Shown here: positions 39,323 through 49,148 of the stretch, one piece after another
Layout: each line of letters starts with the position of its first letter
Numbering within the stretch: the stretch's first letter is position 1
Source of the DNA: Thermoproteota archaeon
GTDB taxonomy: Archaea > Thermoproteota > Thermoprotei_A > Sulfolobales > Ignisphaeraceae
Assembly (NCBI GenBank): GCA_030550585.1
Contig: JAUQPB010000002.1
Coordinates: 256,001 to 320,000 of the forward strand
Length of the DNA stretch: 64,000 bases
Reading direction: 5' to 3'
Made by a program: the position numbers and the translations under genes
Notes under the pieces: model-generated
Seen by the model: the letters and a program-made list of their open reading frames with translations, nothing else
What the model was told of the DNA's origin: nothing
The model's database searches: none

Positions 39323-40717
39323 GTGCGTCTCTTGCATCTAATCTGCCCTGTTTGCGGATCTGCCTATGAATTCAATGTATACTCTAAACTGTGTCCAAGA
39401 TGCGGCTCACCGCTGTTTGTAATGCATAGCATTTCACCAGACACATTCAAAAAGGTCTTGCTGGAGGCTAGGCATAGGTGGAACCTTGGCATCTGGAGTT
39501 TCCACGAGGTTCTACCGACAAGCTCTATTGGGAAAACCATTGGAGAGGCGTGGACACCAATTATCAAAGTCGAAAACTTTAGCAGAATAACAGGTGTTGA
39601 AGTGCTAGTGAAAAACGAGTCGAGAAACCCTAGTGGGACATTTATTGATAGGGGGACGGCAGTCGATTCATATATAGCCTACGTAAATGGCTTTAAAGAT
39701 GTTGTCTCAGCCTCCACAGGAGACTATGCAATATCCTTGTCCATATACTCTAAGCTCTATGGTCTTAGCACAACGCATTATATCCCTATTTTTATTGAAC
39801 AGTGGAAGAGATATATGCTAATGGTGCTGGGCAGCAAAATTATAGAGGTTGACAGCTATTCGAATGCTGTTAGGAAGGCTATGAGAGTCTCGAACAAGAG
39901 TAGCAATTTCTTGTCGCTGTCCATGTCCCCTACGGTCATAGACGGCTACAGAACAATAGTGTTTGAGGTTGTAGATATTCTAAAAGAAATAGACTGGATT
40001 GCGGTACCTGTAGGCGATGGTGTGCTTGCAACATCTATTTTGAAGGGTTTAAAAGAGATAGAGGCCTATTTAGAAATTGAAACACCCAATATACTTGCTG
40101 TGAAGCTTGGTGAAGAGGATGGCGCTGAACAGGACTTCTCAAAGTTGTTCTTAACAGAGTTGGGCGGCGGCATGCTCAGAGATGTGCTAAACAAGATACT
40201 AGGTGAGAAAGGAGTTTTTGTAGCAATCGATAAAGAGGCTGTATATTCGACAACAAATGAGATAGCCTACTATGATGGTCTCTTGGTGGATCCCGTTGGG
40301 GCAACAAGCTTGGCGGGAATTAAAAAAGCTGTGGAGCTAGGGGTTATTGATAGAGGAGATAGGGTGTTGGCTATAGTCAGCGGCAGCCCATCGAAAGACA
40401 CATACATTCTCTTCAAAATTCTGGAATATGGAAGAAGAGGGACAGGGGGATATCCAAACCTTAGAGAAGGTTATATGAGTGAGGTACAGATAAACATTCT
40501 GAAGATACTCTATGAATCTCGGCAAATACACTTGTATGAGATATGGAAAAGGCTTCAAGCCATGGGGCATAAGATAACTCTTCAAACTGTGTACAGCCAT
40601 GTGAAGAAGTTGTTGGAGAAGGGGTATGTGAGAGTTCTTGGCGTGAATGGAAGGAGGAAGATATATTCGATATCAGAACTTGGGGAAGAGTATCTAGAGA
40701 ATATGTATAGTAGATAG
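39323..40717 (+). CDS. Threonine-synthase-like (fold-type II) domain fused to a C-terminal winged HTH; PLP lysine replaced
   Basis: CPVC..CPRC, GEAWTP, NPSGTFIDRG, ASTGD, VPVGDG; C-terminal ILKIL..TVYSHVKKLLEKGYV..RRKIYSISELG. Confidence 0.85.
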   Translation: MRLLHLICPVCGSAYEFNVYSKLCPRCGSPLFVMHSISPDTFKKVLLEARHRWNLGIWSFHEVLPTSSIGKTIGEAWTPIIKVENFSRITGVEVLVKNESRNPSGTFIDRGTAVDSYIAYVNGFKDVVSASTGDYAISLSIYSKLYGLSTTHYIPIFIEQWKRYMLMVLGSKIIEVDSYSNAVRKAMRVSNKSSNFLSLSMSPTVIDGYRTIVFEVVDILKEIDWIAVPVGDGVLATSILKGLKEIEAYLEIETPNILAVKLGEEDGAEQDFSKLFLTELGGGMLRDVLNKILGEKGVFVAIDKEAVYSTTNEIAYYDGLLVDPVGATSLAGIKKAVELGVIDRGDRVLAIVSGSPSKDTYILFKILEYGRRGTGGYPNLREGYMSEVQINILKILYESRQIHLYEIWKRLQAMGHKITLQTVYSHVKKLLEKGYVRVLGVNGRRKIYSISELGEEYLENMYSR

Positions 40718-40879
40718 TCGGAGAATATTCATAGCCATTGCGGGCCTTTTATCTTGGTAGAAGAGGTTTGTGGAGAGAGCGATAGTAGGTCACGGCATAT
40801 TTTCACTAATGTTTATAACAAGTTAGCAAGTCTTATAATACCCTTCACATAGCTAGGAGAGAAAAAGAGTGTTATTCTA

Positions 40880-42247
40880 ATGGTTGACAGAATAAACAGG
40901 CTATTGATAGCCAACCGTGGGGAGATAGCTGTAAGAATAATCAAAACATGCAGAAAATTGGGCATAGAGGCAATAGCTGTTTATACAAATGTTGATAGCG
41001 ATGCTATGCATGTTAAGCTCGCAGATGAGGCTTATTCGCTGGGTTCCGACCCCTACGGCTATTTAGATATAGACAAAATTGTTTCAGTAGCTAAGAAGGC
41101 TAATGCCGATGCTGTTCACCCTGGCTATGGCTTCTTGTCTGAAAACGCCAGGTTTGCTAAGGCTGTTGAGGATTCTGGGATGATTTGGATTGGACCAAAA
41201 TGGAGCGTGATAGAGCTTTTAGAGTCGAAGTCTATGGTTAGGTCGATTGCCCACAGCATTGGGGTTCCGATAGTGCCGGGCTCTCTAGGCCCTGTTACGC
41301 TTGAGGAGGCTAGGAAGATTGCTGAGGAGATCGGCTTTCCCGTTTTGATTAAAGCTGATAGGGGTGGTGGTGGAAGAGGGATTAGAGTTGCCAACAGTTT
41401 AGATGAACTTGAAAGGCTTTTTCCGATAGCATTGAAAGAGGTTGAAACATCTTTTAAGGGCTCCAAGCTCTATATAGAGAAGTTTCTTCCGAAGGTAAGA
41501 CACATAGAGATTCAAATACTTGCAGACGCCCATGGCAACGTTGTTGCTCTTGGCGAAAGGGAGTGTAGTATTCAGAGAAGGTATCAGAAGGTTATTGAGG
41601 AAGCTCCATCACCTATCATAACAGATGATGATAGGAGGAAGCTGTACGAATATGCAATAAAGTTTATGAAGCATGTTAAATATGTTAATGCGGGTACCAT
41701 AGAGTTTATCAGAGATGAGAAAGGAAACTTCTATCTAATCGAGGTTAACAAGAGGATACAAGTTGAGCACCCAGTTACAGAAGCTATAACAGGTATCGAC
41801 ATTGTTGAGCAGCAGATAAAGATAGCTGAGGGAAGGGAGCTCGAAATAAAGGACAGCATATACAAATTTAATGGTCATGCAATAGAGGCTAGGGTTTATG
41901 CAGAAGACCCGGATAGGATGCTTCCATCACCTGGGAAGATAATGTGGGTGAGGTTCCCCAACACCAAAAACGTTAGGATAGACCATGCCCTTGCGCCAGG
42001 AGTGGATATACCACCTTTCTACGACCCAATGATAGCGAAGGTCATTGCCTGGGGGAGCACAAGAGAGGAGGCTAGGCAAAATCTAGTCAATGCACTATCA
42101 AATTTCGAGATCAGCGGTATCAAAACATCGATACCGCTATTAATAGAGATTCTGAGCACTAAGGAGTTTATCGATGGAGATTACGACACGTTGTTTCTGG
42201 GGCGCTACTTAGAGCAGAGGAGGTCAAAGGGTGTGTCGGCAAAATAG
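40880..42247 (+). CDS. Biotin carboxylase subunit (AccC/PycA-like)
   Basis: LIANRGEIA, HPGYGFLSEN, GGGGRG, ERECSIQRR, RIQVEHPVTE, YDPMIAK. Confidence 0.93.
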   Translation: MVDRINRLLIANRGEIAVRIIKTCRKLGIEAIAVYTNVDSDAMHVKLADEAYSLGSDPYGYLDIDKIVSVAKKANADAVHPGYGFLSENARFAKAVEDSGMIWIGPKWSVIELLESKSMVRSIAHSIGVPIVPGSLGPVTLEEARKIAEEIGFPVLIKADRGGGGRGIRVANSLDELERLFPIALKEVETSFKGSKLYIEKFLPKVRHIEIQILADAHGNVVALGERECSIQRRYQKVIEEAPSPIITDDDRRKLYEYAIKFMKHVKYVNAGTIEFIRDEKGNFYLIEVNKRIQVEHPVTEAITGIDIVEQQIKIAEGRELEIKDSIYKFNGHAIEARVYAEDPDRMLPSPGKIMWVRFPNTKNVRIDHALAPGVDIPPFYDPMIAKVIAWGSTREEARQNLVNALSNFEISGIKTSIPLLIEILSTKEFIDGDYDTLFLGRYLEQRRSKGVSAK

Positions 42248-42308
42248 AAACAGAGAATAAAGTTTATTAATGTTGCCATAGCTAAGACTGTTAGCTGGTG
42301 TATACAAG

Positions 42309-42596
42309 ATGAACAGAGATAAGATTGTTGGAATAGCATTGATTGGAGGATCTGCAATAGTTGCAATTCTAGTAATCTACCTGCTGTTTTTAGCATCATA
42401 TGAAATCGCCATACTTACAATGAAGATAATAATAACGCTTGCAGTTGTTGTGCTTGCAGCTGTTGTTGGATGGATAGGCTACACACTAGCTACAACACCG
42501 CCTCCAAAGCCTATTGAGGAGATAGAAAAGGAGATTGAGGAAGAGCTTAAGAAGCTTGAGCAAGAACAGAAACAGCAGGAACAGAAGAAGGCTTAG
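42309..42596 (+). CDS. Small two-TM archaeal membrane protein with charged tail
   Basis: Two hydrophobic helices, then WIGYTLATTPPPKPIEEIEKE. Confidence 0.75.
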   Translation: MNRDKIVGIALIGGSAIVAILVIYLLFLASYEIAILTMKIIITLAVVVLAAVVGWIGYTLATTPPPKPIEEIEKEIEEELKKLEQEQKQQEQKKA

Positions 42597-42660
42597 CTAC
42601 TTAATAGCGCACTAAACTTATAATCTTTTTAAATCTAGCTATTATAGAACGGGTTTTCTA

Positions 42661-45060
42661 ATGAGTGAAAAGATTATTAGTGTATATGTTCTTGACGCAA
42701 GCTATGAGGTTGTCGGGTCAGAGCCTCACATAGTGATATGGGGGGTTGATGATAGTGGTAACAGGGTTTTGCTGAGGGATAGGAGGTTCAGACCCTACTT
42801 CTATGCAATTATAGATGACTCGTATCTAGATAAACTCGATGTAATAAAATCTTCTGTGAAGAGGCTTAGCAAACCAAAATCGCCTATAACATCTGTTGAG
42901 GTTGTTGAGAAGAGGTTTATGGGGAAACCTGTTAAGGCCCTTAGAATAGAGACTGTCATACCAGAGTTTGTAAGGGAATATAGAAACGATGTTGCTAGGA
43001 TACCAGGGGTTAGAATGGTTGTTGAGGCTGATATAAGATTCTCTCTTAGGTATCTCATAGACAACGATATATATCCATGTACATGGCACAAGTTTAGAGT
43101 TGTCGAAAAGAGTAGGTCGCAGGAGTATAGAGTTGACAAAGAGTATGAGGTTCTAGAGGTTCTGGAGAGAGATGAAAGTAGGTTGATGCCGCCTAAACTC
43201 AAGGTTTTGGCTCTAGACATCGAGGTTTATAATCCTCGTGGCGCCCCCAAGCCCGATAGAGACCCCGTTATAATAATATCTCTTATGAATTCAGATAACG
43301 AGATTCTTCTTCTCCAGGCTCAGGGAAAAGATGACAGGCGTTTAATTCAAGAATTTATAGAATATGTGAATAGGTATGACCCCGACATAGTTGTTGGATA
43401 CAATTCAAGCAATTTTGATCTTCCGTATCTTGTTGAAAGAGCTAGGAAGCTTGGTCTGAGACTAGATATTTCTAGGAGGAGGGGTGTGGAGCCCTCCAAG
43501 AGCGTCTATGGCCATGTATCCATTCCTGGGAGGTTACATGTGGATCTCTATGACTATGCTGAGGAAATAGCAGAAATAAAGGTTAAGTCTCTTGACGAGG
43601 TTGCAGAATACTTTGGCGTTATGAAGAAGAGTGAGAGAAGGAATGTGCCGTGGTACGAGATCTACAAGTATTGGGATGACGAGAAGCTCAGACCTATTCT
43701 GCTGGAGTATGCTAGAGACGATGTTGTTTCGACTTATGGTATTGCTGAAAAGATTCTGCCATTTGCCATGCAGCTCTCAAGCATAACAGGTCTTCCACTA
43801 GATCAAGTTGGCTCTGCTAGTGTTGGGTTTAGACTCGAATGGTTTTTGCTTAGAATTGCCAGAATGAGGGGGGAGCTAGCACCTAACAGAGTTGAAAAAG
43901 AGTATGAGCCCTACAGAGGTGCGATAGTCTTAGAGCCTAAGAAGGGTGTTCACGAAAATATTTGTGTGTTGGATTTCTCGGCTATGTACCCAAGCATAAT
44001 GATGAAGTATAACATCGGGCCTGACACGCTTGTTCTAGGCGAGGAATGCAACGACTGTTTCGAGGCGCCTGAAACAGGCTATAAATTCTCTAAGAAGAGT
44101 GAGGCCTTCTTCAAAACAGCTCTAAACATTCTGGTGAATGCTAGGAAAACTGTGAGGGAGCTGATGAAGAAGCTGCCAGCTGAGTCTCCAGAGTATAGAA
44201 TACTTGATGCAAGACAGAGGGCCTTGAAGGTTCTTGCAAATGCTTGCTATGGTTATATGGCTTGGACAGGGGCTAGATGGTACTGCAAAGAGTGTGCAGA
44301 GGCTGTGGCAGACTTTGGCAGAGAGACCATTAGGAAGGCAATAACCTTTGCAAAAGGGCTTGGTCTAGAGGTGATATATGGAGATACAGACTCTCTGTTT
44401 GTGAAATACAATAAAGACTTTGTAGAGAAGTTTATAGAGGTTGTTGAGAAGGAGCTTGGGCTTGAGATAAAGATTGACAAAATCTATCAGAGGGTGTTCT
44501 TCACAGAAGCCAAAAAGAGATACATTGGCTTAACAGAGGATGGTAGAATAGATGTTGTTGGGTTTGAGGCTGTTCGTGGGGACTGGGCAGAGATAGCCAA
44601 GGAGATGCAGGAGAGGGTTGCTGAGATAATCCTCAAGACAATGGACCACAGAAAGGCTATAGAGCTTGTAAAAGATGAGATTGAGAAGATTAGAAAACTG
44701 GTATCTCAGAATGCAATAGACCTTCAAAAGTTTGTTATATGGAAGACCATCACAAAGCCTATTAGTGAATACGAGGTTGAGGCACCTCATGTAACAGCAG
44801 CTAAATATCTTATTAAGAGTGGGTATAGTGTTGAGGTCGGGGATAAGATAGGGTATGTGATTGTGAAGGGAGTTGGAAAAATATCTGATAGAGCGAGACC
44901 GTATATGATGGTCGATGCCAAGGATCTGGACATAGACTACTACATCGAGCATCAGATAGTCCCGGCTGTGCTTAGAATATTAGAATACTTTGGTGTTAGT
45001 GAGAAGCATTTGAAAAGTATTGGAAAAGCTGGAAAGTCTTTGTTTGACTACAAAAAGTGA
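42661..45060 (+). CDS. polB3: Family B DNA polymerase, PolB3-type
   Basis: ExoI DIE, ExoII YNSSNFD, ExoIII YARDD; DFSAMYPS, KVLANACYGY, YGDTDS; no intein. Confidence 0.93.
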   Translation: MSEKIISVYVLDASYEVVGSEPHIVIWGVDDSGNRVLLRDRRFRPYFYAIIDDSYLDKLDVIKSSVKRLSKPKSPITSVEVVEKRFMGKPVKALRIETVIPEFVREYRNDVARIPGVRMVVEADIRFSLRYLIDNDIYPCTWHKFRVVEKSRSQEYRVDKEYEVLEVLERDESRLMPPKLKVLALDIEVYNPRGAPKPDRDPVIIISLMNSDNEILLLQAQGKDDRRLIQEFIEYVNRYDPDIVVGYNSSNFDLPYLVERARKLGLRLDISRRRGVEPSKSVYGHVSIPGRLHVDLYDYAEEIAEIKVKSLDEVAEYFGVMKKSERRNVPWYEIYKYWDDEKLRPILLEYARDDVVSTYGIAEKILPFAMQLSSITGLPLDQVGSASVGFRLEWFLLRIARMRGELAPNRVEKEYEPYRGAIVLEPKKGVHENICVLDFSAMYPSIMMKYNIGPDTLVLGEECNDCFEAPETGYKFSKKSEAFFKTALNILVNARKTVRELMKKLPAESPEYRILDARQRALKVLANACYGYMAWTGARWYCKECAEAVADFGRETIRKAITFAKGLGLEVIYGDTDSLFVKYNKDFVEKFIEVVEKELGLEIKIDKIYQRVFFTEAKKRYIGLTEDGRIDVVGFEAVRGDWAEIAKEMQERVAEIILKTMDHRKAIELVKDEIEKIRKLVSQNAIDLQKFVIWKTITKPISEYEVEAPHVTAAKYLIKSGYSVEVGDKIGYVIVKGVGKISDRARPYMMVDAKDLDIDYYIEHQIVPAVLRILEYFGVSEKHLKSIGKAGKSLFDYKK

Positions 45061-45065
45061 TTAGA

Positions 45066-46352
45066 TTACGATGCTAAGCTGAAAATGTCTTGGAATGTGA
45101 CAACAAATACATTATCAGGCTTTTTACTGACATTGCCTATTCTAACGCCGAGAACAAGCTTAACACCCTTCTCAGAAGCTGTATCCAAAAGCCTCTGCGT
45201 TATCACGCCATCGAATACAATCGCCTGTACCTTGCCATAGTCCATCTGCTGAAGCTTCTCGACAAGATCCCTCACAGGAATTCTTTCAATAACATTCCAA
45301 TTACTGTCGAAAAGCAGCGCCTCTAGAGTGCCAACCAGTTTCTTACCTTCTTCAATAATTTTCAAAGGCATCTCGAAACCTGTAGCAGGTTTGGCTTCTG
45401 TCACCACAGTTGCCGGCGTAGGTGGTTTGACCTCTGTTGCTTCAGGCACTTGTGCAGTTGCTTGTGGCTGGGGTTGTGCGGCAACAGCTTCAGCTGTTTG
45501 TGGTGCTTGCTTGGCTTCTGCCTCAACTTTCTTCTCTATGCTTTCGAGAAACTGTTTAGCTGGGATAAGGTTTTTCAGTGCCTTGGCTATCTCTTTGCCT
45601 GTTAGCTCCTCAACTTCTTTGCCTTGTGGTGCTCTTGTCACATAGTCTATGTCGGCTACCTTGATAACCTCTCTAGCTATGAGCTCTCCGGCTCTGTCAC
45701 CATCAACAAAGAGTATGGCTGTTTTTCTAGCAGCTAATTTAACTATGCTTTCTGGAACCTTAGAGCCGTGTGCACCCTCTAATGCAATCACATTTCTGTA
45801 GCCATATCTCAGCATGTTTAATACATCTGCTCTTCCCTCAACAATTATAATTGTATCGGCGGAGTCTACATCTGGACCTGCAGGAAGTTTCTCAGGCCCA
45901 TAGTACATAAGCTCTGCTATTCTAACACCCTCGCTTATCTTATTCAGAATCTCTTTTATGTCAGGAGCTTTCTCGACAAAGTATTTTCTTGCTATTTCGC
46001 TTGCCCTCTCCATGATCTTCTTAAGCTTTTCTGCACGAACATCGACGATATCTATGATTTGTATTCTTGCTTGGTATGGTCCAACCTTCTCAACATTTTC
46101 TATTAGTGCGGCTAGAAGTGCTGTCTCTATTCTGTCTAGATTTGATGGTATCAACACCTCTCCAACTGTCTTACCCTTCTCAGTCTTTATCTCAACACTA
46201 ATTCTACCTATCCTCCCCTTGTCCTGCAAGTCTCTGAGATCGAATTCTTCTCCAAATATACCCTCTGTGAACCCGAAGATAGCGCCAATTATATCTGATT
46301 TCTCAACCTCTCCGTCAATCTCTATCTTAGCTCTAATAACATATTTTGCCAT
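45066..46352 (-). CDS. dnaG: Archaeal DnaG (TOPRIM; exosome-associated)
   Basis: IGAIFG..GRIGRI, VEGRADV, DGDRAG, FDGVITQRL. Confidence 0.95.
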   Translation of the reverse strand: MAKYVIRAKIEIDGEVEKSDIIGAIFGFTEGIFGEEFDLRDLQDKGRIGRISVEIKTEKGKTVGEVLIPSNLDRIETALLAALIENVEKVGPYQARIQIIDIVDVRAEKLKKIMERASEIARKYFVEKAPDIKEILNKISEGVRIAELMYYGPEKLPAGPDVDSADTIIIVEGRADVLNMLRYGYRNVIALEGAHGSKVPESIVKLAARKTAILFVDGDRAGELIAREVIKVADIDYVTRAPQGKEVEELTGKEIAKALKNLIPAKQFLESIEKKVEAEAKQAPQTAEAVAAQPQPQATAQVPEATEVKPPTPATVVTEAKPATGFEMPLKIIEEGKKLVGTLEALLFDSNWNVIERIPVRDLVEKLQQMDYGKVQAIVFDGVITQRLLDTASEKGVKLVLGVRIGNVSKKPDNVFVVTFQDIFSLAS

Positions 46353-46378
46353 TGTCCCTCACCAAACCGTTTCACTAT

Positions 46379-47461
46379 CTATCTTGTGACGCTCTGACTT
46401 ATTTTTTCGAGTTCTAGCCAAAGCTCTTTCTCACTTTGTAGCACAGATCTAATTGGGCTCACAATCTTTATAAGTTCATTTGCTACTGCGTTTTTTAGAT
46501 CTAGGGGATGCAGAGCACCTTCTCTGTACAGTTTCTCAAGCTCTTCATAGCTGTAAACCTCTATTGTACCTCCATGCTCGGGCTTCCTCTCTATAACAAA
46601 CCTTCTGCTACCCTGGGCAAATATTATATGCTTTGCAATTGCCATTACAGGGTTTGTATCAACTTCTCTAGGAGGGCAATAAGCACCTCTAATCTTCTTA
46701 GCTATTGTGTTGTCATCATCTGTTAGAAATATTGCTTCTTCTGGTTTAGACTTGCTCATCTTAATTTCTGAGAGAGCGTCGTCAATCTCAATAGAGGCAT
46801 CCATTTTTGTAGAGCCTCTTAGAGAGGGTAGAAGTGGTGTGTGTATTGCTATAGGCTTTTTATACCCAAGCTTTTCAGCAACATCTCTTGCAAGCATGTG
46901 GGCCTTTCTCTGATCCATGCCACCCAAAGCTATATCCAAATCCATTTGGAATATGTCGGCAACCTGCATGAGTGGGTAGATGAGTTTCGAGAAGTCTAGC
47001 TCTCCCTCGCTGGCCTTCCTTCCCATTATTGTCAACGCTCTTTTCACCCTACTCAAACTGGTTTGCTTGGCTATCCTAATTATCTTCTCCCAGTATTCAA
47101 CTCTTTCAACAAGCTCCTCAGCATAAACCACTTTCACTCTTGACATGTTAACGCCTATAGCCTCTAAAACCCTTGCAACATGTTTTGCAGCAGCTCTTAT
47201 GAGCTCCATGTTCCCCCCAAGCTTATCGTTTATCCATGCATGCCACGTAGCGGCAAACAGAATCATTTCAACACCTGCATCGACAAGATCCTTGAATTTG
47301 AACATCCATATGAGCCAACCGATATGGCTAATGCCGCTTGGCTCGAAACCTATATACCCTCTAAGTCTTCTACCCTCTTCAAATGCCTTTCTAAGCTCCT
47401 CCTCAGTTACAATCTCCATAACATTTCTTTTAACAAGTGTAAGCCTCGTCTCCAAATCCAT
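46379..47461 (-). CDS. tyrS: Tyrosine--tRNA ligase
   Basis: YIGFEPSG..HIGW, YPLMQVAD, GGMDQRKAH, KMSKS. Confidence 0.96.
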   Translation of the reverse strand: MDLETRLTLVKRNVMEIVTEEELRKAFEEGRRLRGYIGFEPSGISHIGWLIWMFKFKDLVDAGVEMILFAATWHAWINDKLGGNMELIRAAAKHVARVLEAIGVNMSRVKVVYAEELVERVEYWEKIIRIAKQTSLSRVKRALTIMGRKASEGELDFSKLIYPLMQVADIFQMDLDIALGGMDQRKAHMLARDVAEKLGYKKPIAIHTPLLPSLRGSTKMDASIEIDDALSEIKMSKSKPEEAIFLTDDDNTIAKKIRGAYCPPREVDTNPVMAIAKHIIFAQGSRRFVIERKPEHGGTIEVYSYEELEKLYREGALHPLDLKNAVANELIKIVSPIRSVLQSEKELWLELEKISQSVTR

Positions 47462-47480
47462 AGGAAAGACCTTCTACTAT

Positions 47481-49142
47481 TTACCTACTGATTAACTTGT
47501 GTAATATGTTTATAGATACTTCGGCTAAGGTGATCGGATATAGTATACCTAGTTTCTCAAGCTTCTCCGGGCTCACCTCCCCCAAAAAACCGACAAGCCT
47601 CTCCCCAATATACACATCAGCACATCTGCCCTTCGTAAACATGCTGATATTGCACGGCTTTAGAGCCAACATTTTGTCCAATCCAAGCTCTCTAGCGATA
47701 GTATATAGAGTTGCATGCATCTCCTCAAACCTCGTCTCGCTATCCATTATAGCCCAGCAAGCCCTCAACTCATTTCTCCACCTATTGTAGCATTCGCTAC
47801 ATTCTGCAACAACCTCCCCAATCTCAAAGACCTTAACAGGCTGTGGGGCATACTGAGAGTTTCTCAAAATGTTTATTATGGACTCTGCCAAGGCTGTTCG
47901 TAAAGCGTTTATCTCATTCGACGGTGCATTAACAACTATAGGCGTTTTTTCGAGCCCTAAAACCTCTGCGATTTGCTGGGGTATTAGAGTCAATGTGTTT
48001 AGCTCTACAAATCCAAGTCCGATCAAGACATCTCTTATGATGTTCGCAACATCTCTTCGACTAACACCTCTTCTTGCAATAGGCTTTGGCTCAATTTCTG
48101 CGAATCCAAGCTCCTCATAGCCTATGCCTATCGCTATATCCTCTACAACATCAACTGGATGTAGAATGTCTATTCTATAGTATGGCACCATGACAGCTAT
48201 TCTATTGCTATCCACACTATCTACTCTATAGCCCATCCTCTCCAAAGCCTTTCTAACCATCTCCACATCTCTGCCAGCGTCAATGCCAAGCCACATAGAT
48301 ACAAACCCTAGATCCAGCTCCATTTTCCTCGGTCTTATGCTAGGTGTTACAATTTCCTTATCTGGATACCTAATTACCGCGCCTAGAACCTCTCCACCGT
48401 AGAATGTCAGGGAATGTATTATTGTGTTCAACACATTGTTGACAGATTCAAAGTCTGTTCCAGTAACGTCTATCAGAATGTTTCTACTACCCTCTGTCAA
48501 TCTAGTGATATCACTGTTTATTACAGGTGGCAAGGAGATGACCTTTCCATCTGATAATATTGCTGGGTGCATTGAGCCGTTCAGAGAGAGCGAGCCGTAG
48601 AGCCTTCCCTGCTCGGTTAACGACAGAACATCTCTTATGCTAAACTCTCTATAGTCGTGCAGGGGTATCATGGTTGTCTTGTCTATGTCAACATCTTTGT
48701 ATATAAGTGTTGTTGATGGCAGTTTATCTAGATCGTGTAGACCTATGGCAACCTTTCTTCGCCCTCTACCAAATGTTGTGTGTAGCCTCTCCTGGAATTC
48801 TATCAATAGCTTTAGCCGCTCCTCATCGAGTTTAACATTTGTTACAGCTGCAACAGCTATATAGGGTCTTTTCTTGGGTGGCTCAACAAATACTTTGAAT
48901 GGGCAGCTCTTTAGAGATGGCTCGGAATATCTGTCTAGCCCCATATACATTCTAACAGCTTTTGATATTCCCTCAACAGAGAACATGTCTATTCGATCGC
49001 TTTGAACCTCTACAGCTATAGTATCCCCCTCCTCAATCTCCGTTTCACACTTCAGCCTAAACAGAATATCCCTCAGTTTGTCAATGTCTGAGATCCCGGT
49101 CATCTCCATTAGAAGACCTGTTCTAGCTCTGACCACAGGCAT
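47481..49142 (-). CDS. pheT: Phenylalanine--tRNA ligase beta subunit
   Basis: DRIDMFSVEG, QERLH..R.KVAIGLHD, SLPPVINS, RIDILHPVDVVEDIAI. Confidence 0.95.
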   Translation of the reverse strand: MPVVRARTGLLMEMTGISDIDKLRDILFRLKCETEIEEGDTIAVEVQSDRIDMFSVEGISKAVRMYMGLDRYSEPSLKSCPFKVFVEPPKKRPYIAVAAVTNVKLDEERLKLLIEFQERLHTTFGRGRRKVAIGLHDLDKLPSTTLIYKDVDIDKTTMIPLHDYREFSIRDVLSLTEQGRLYGSLSLNGSMHPAILSDGKVISLPPVINSDITRLTEGSRNILIDVTGTDFESVNNVLNTIIHSLTFYGGEVLGAVIRYPDKEIVTPSIRPRKMELDLGFVSMWLGIDAGRDVEMVRKALERMGYRVDSVDSNRIAVMVPYYRIDILHPVDVVEDIAIGIGYEELGFAEIEPKPIARRGVSRRDVANIIRDVLIGLGFVELNTLTLIPQQIAEVLGLEKTPIVVNAPSNEINALRTALAESIINILRNSQYAPQPVKVFEIGEVVAECSECYNRWRNELRACWAIMDSETRFEEMHATLYTIARELGLDKMLALKPCNISMFTKGRCADVYIGERLVGFLGEVSPEKLEKLGILYPITLAEVSINILHKLISR

Positions 49143-49148
49143 ATTGCA

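Noticed and set aside
42661-45060. Intein or inactivated polymerase
   Set aside because: Length (799 aa) and all exonuclease/polymerase motifs are normal
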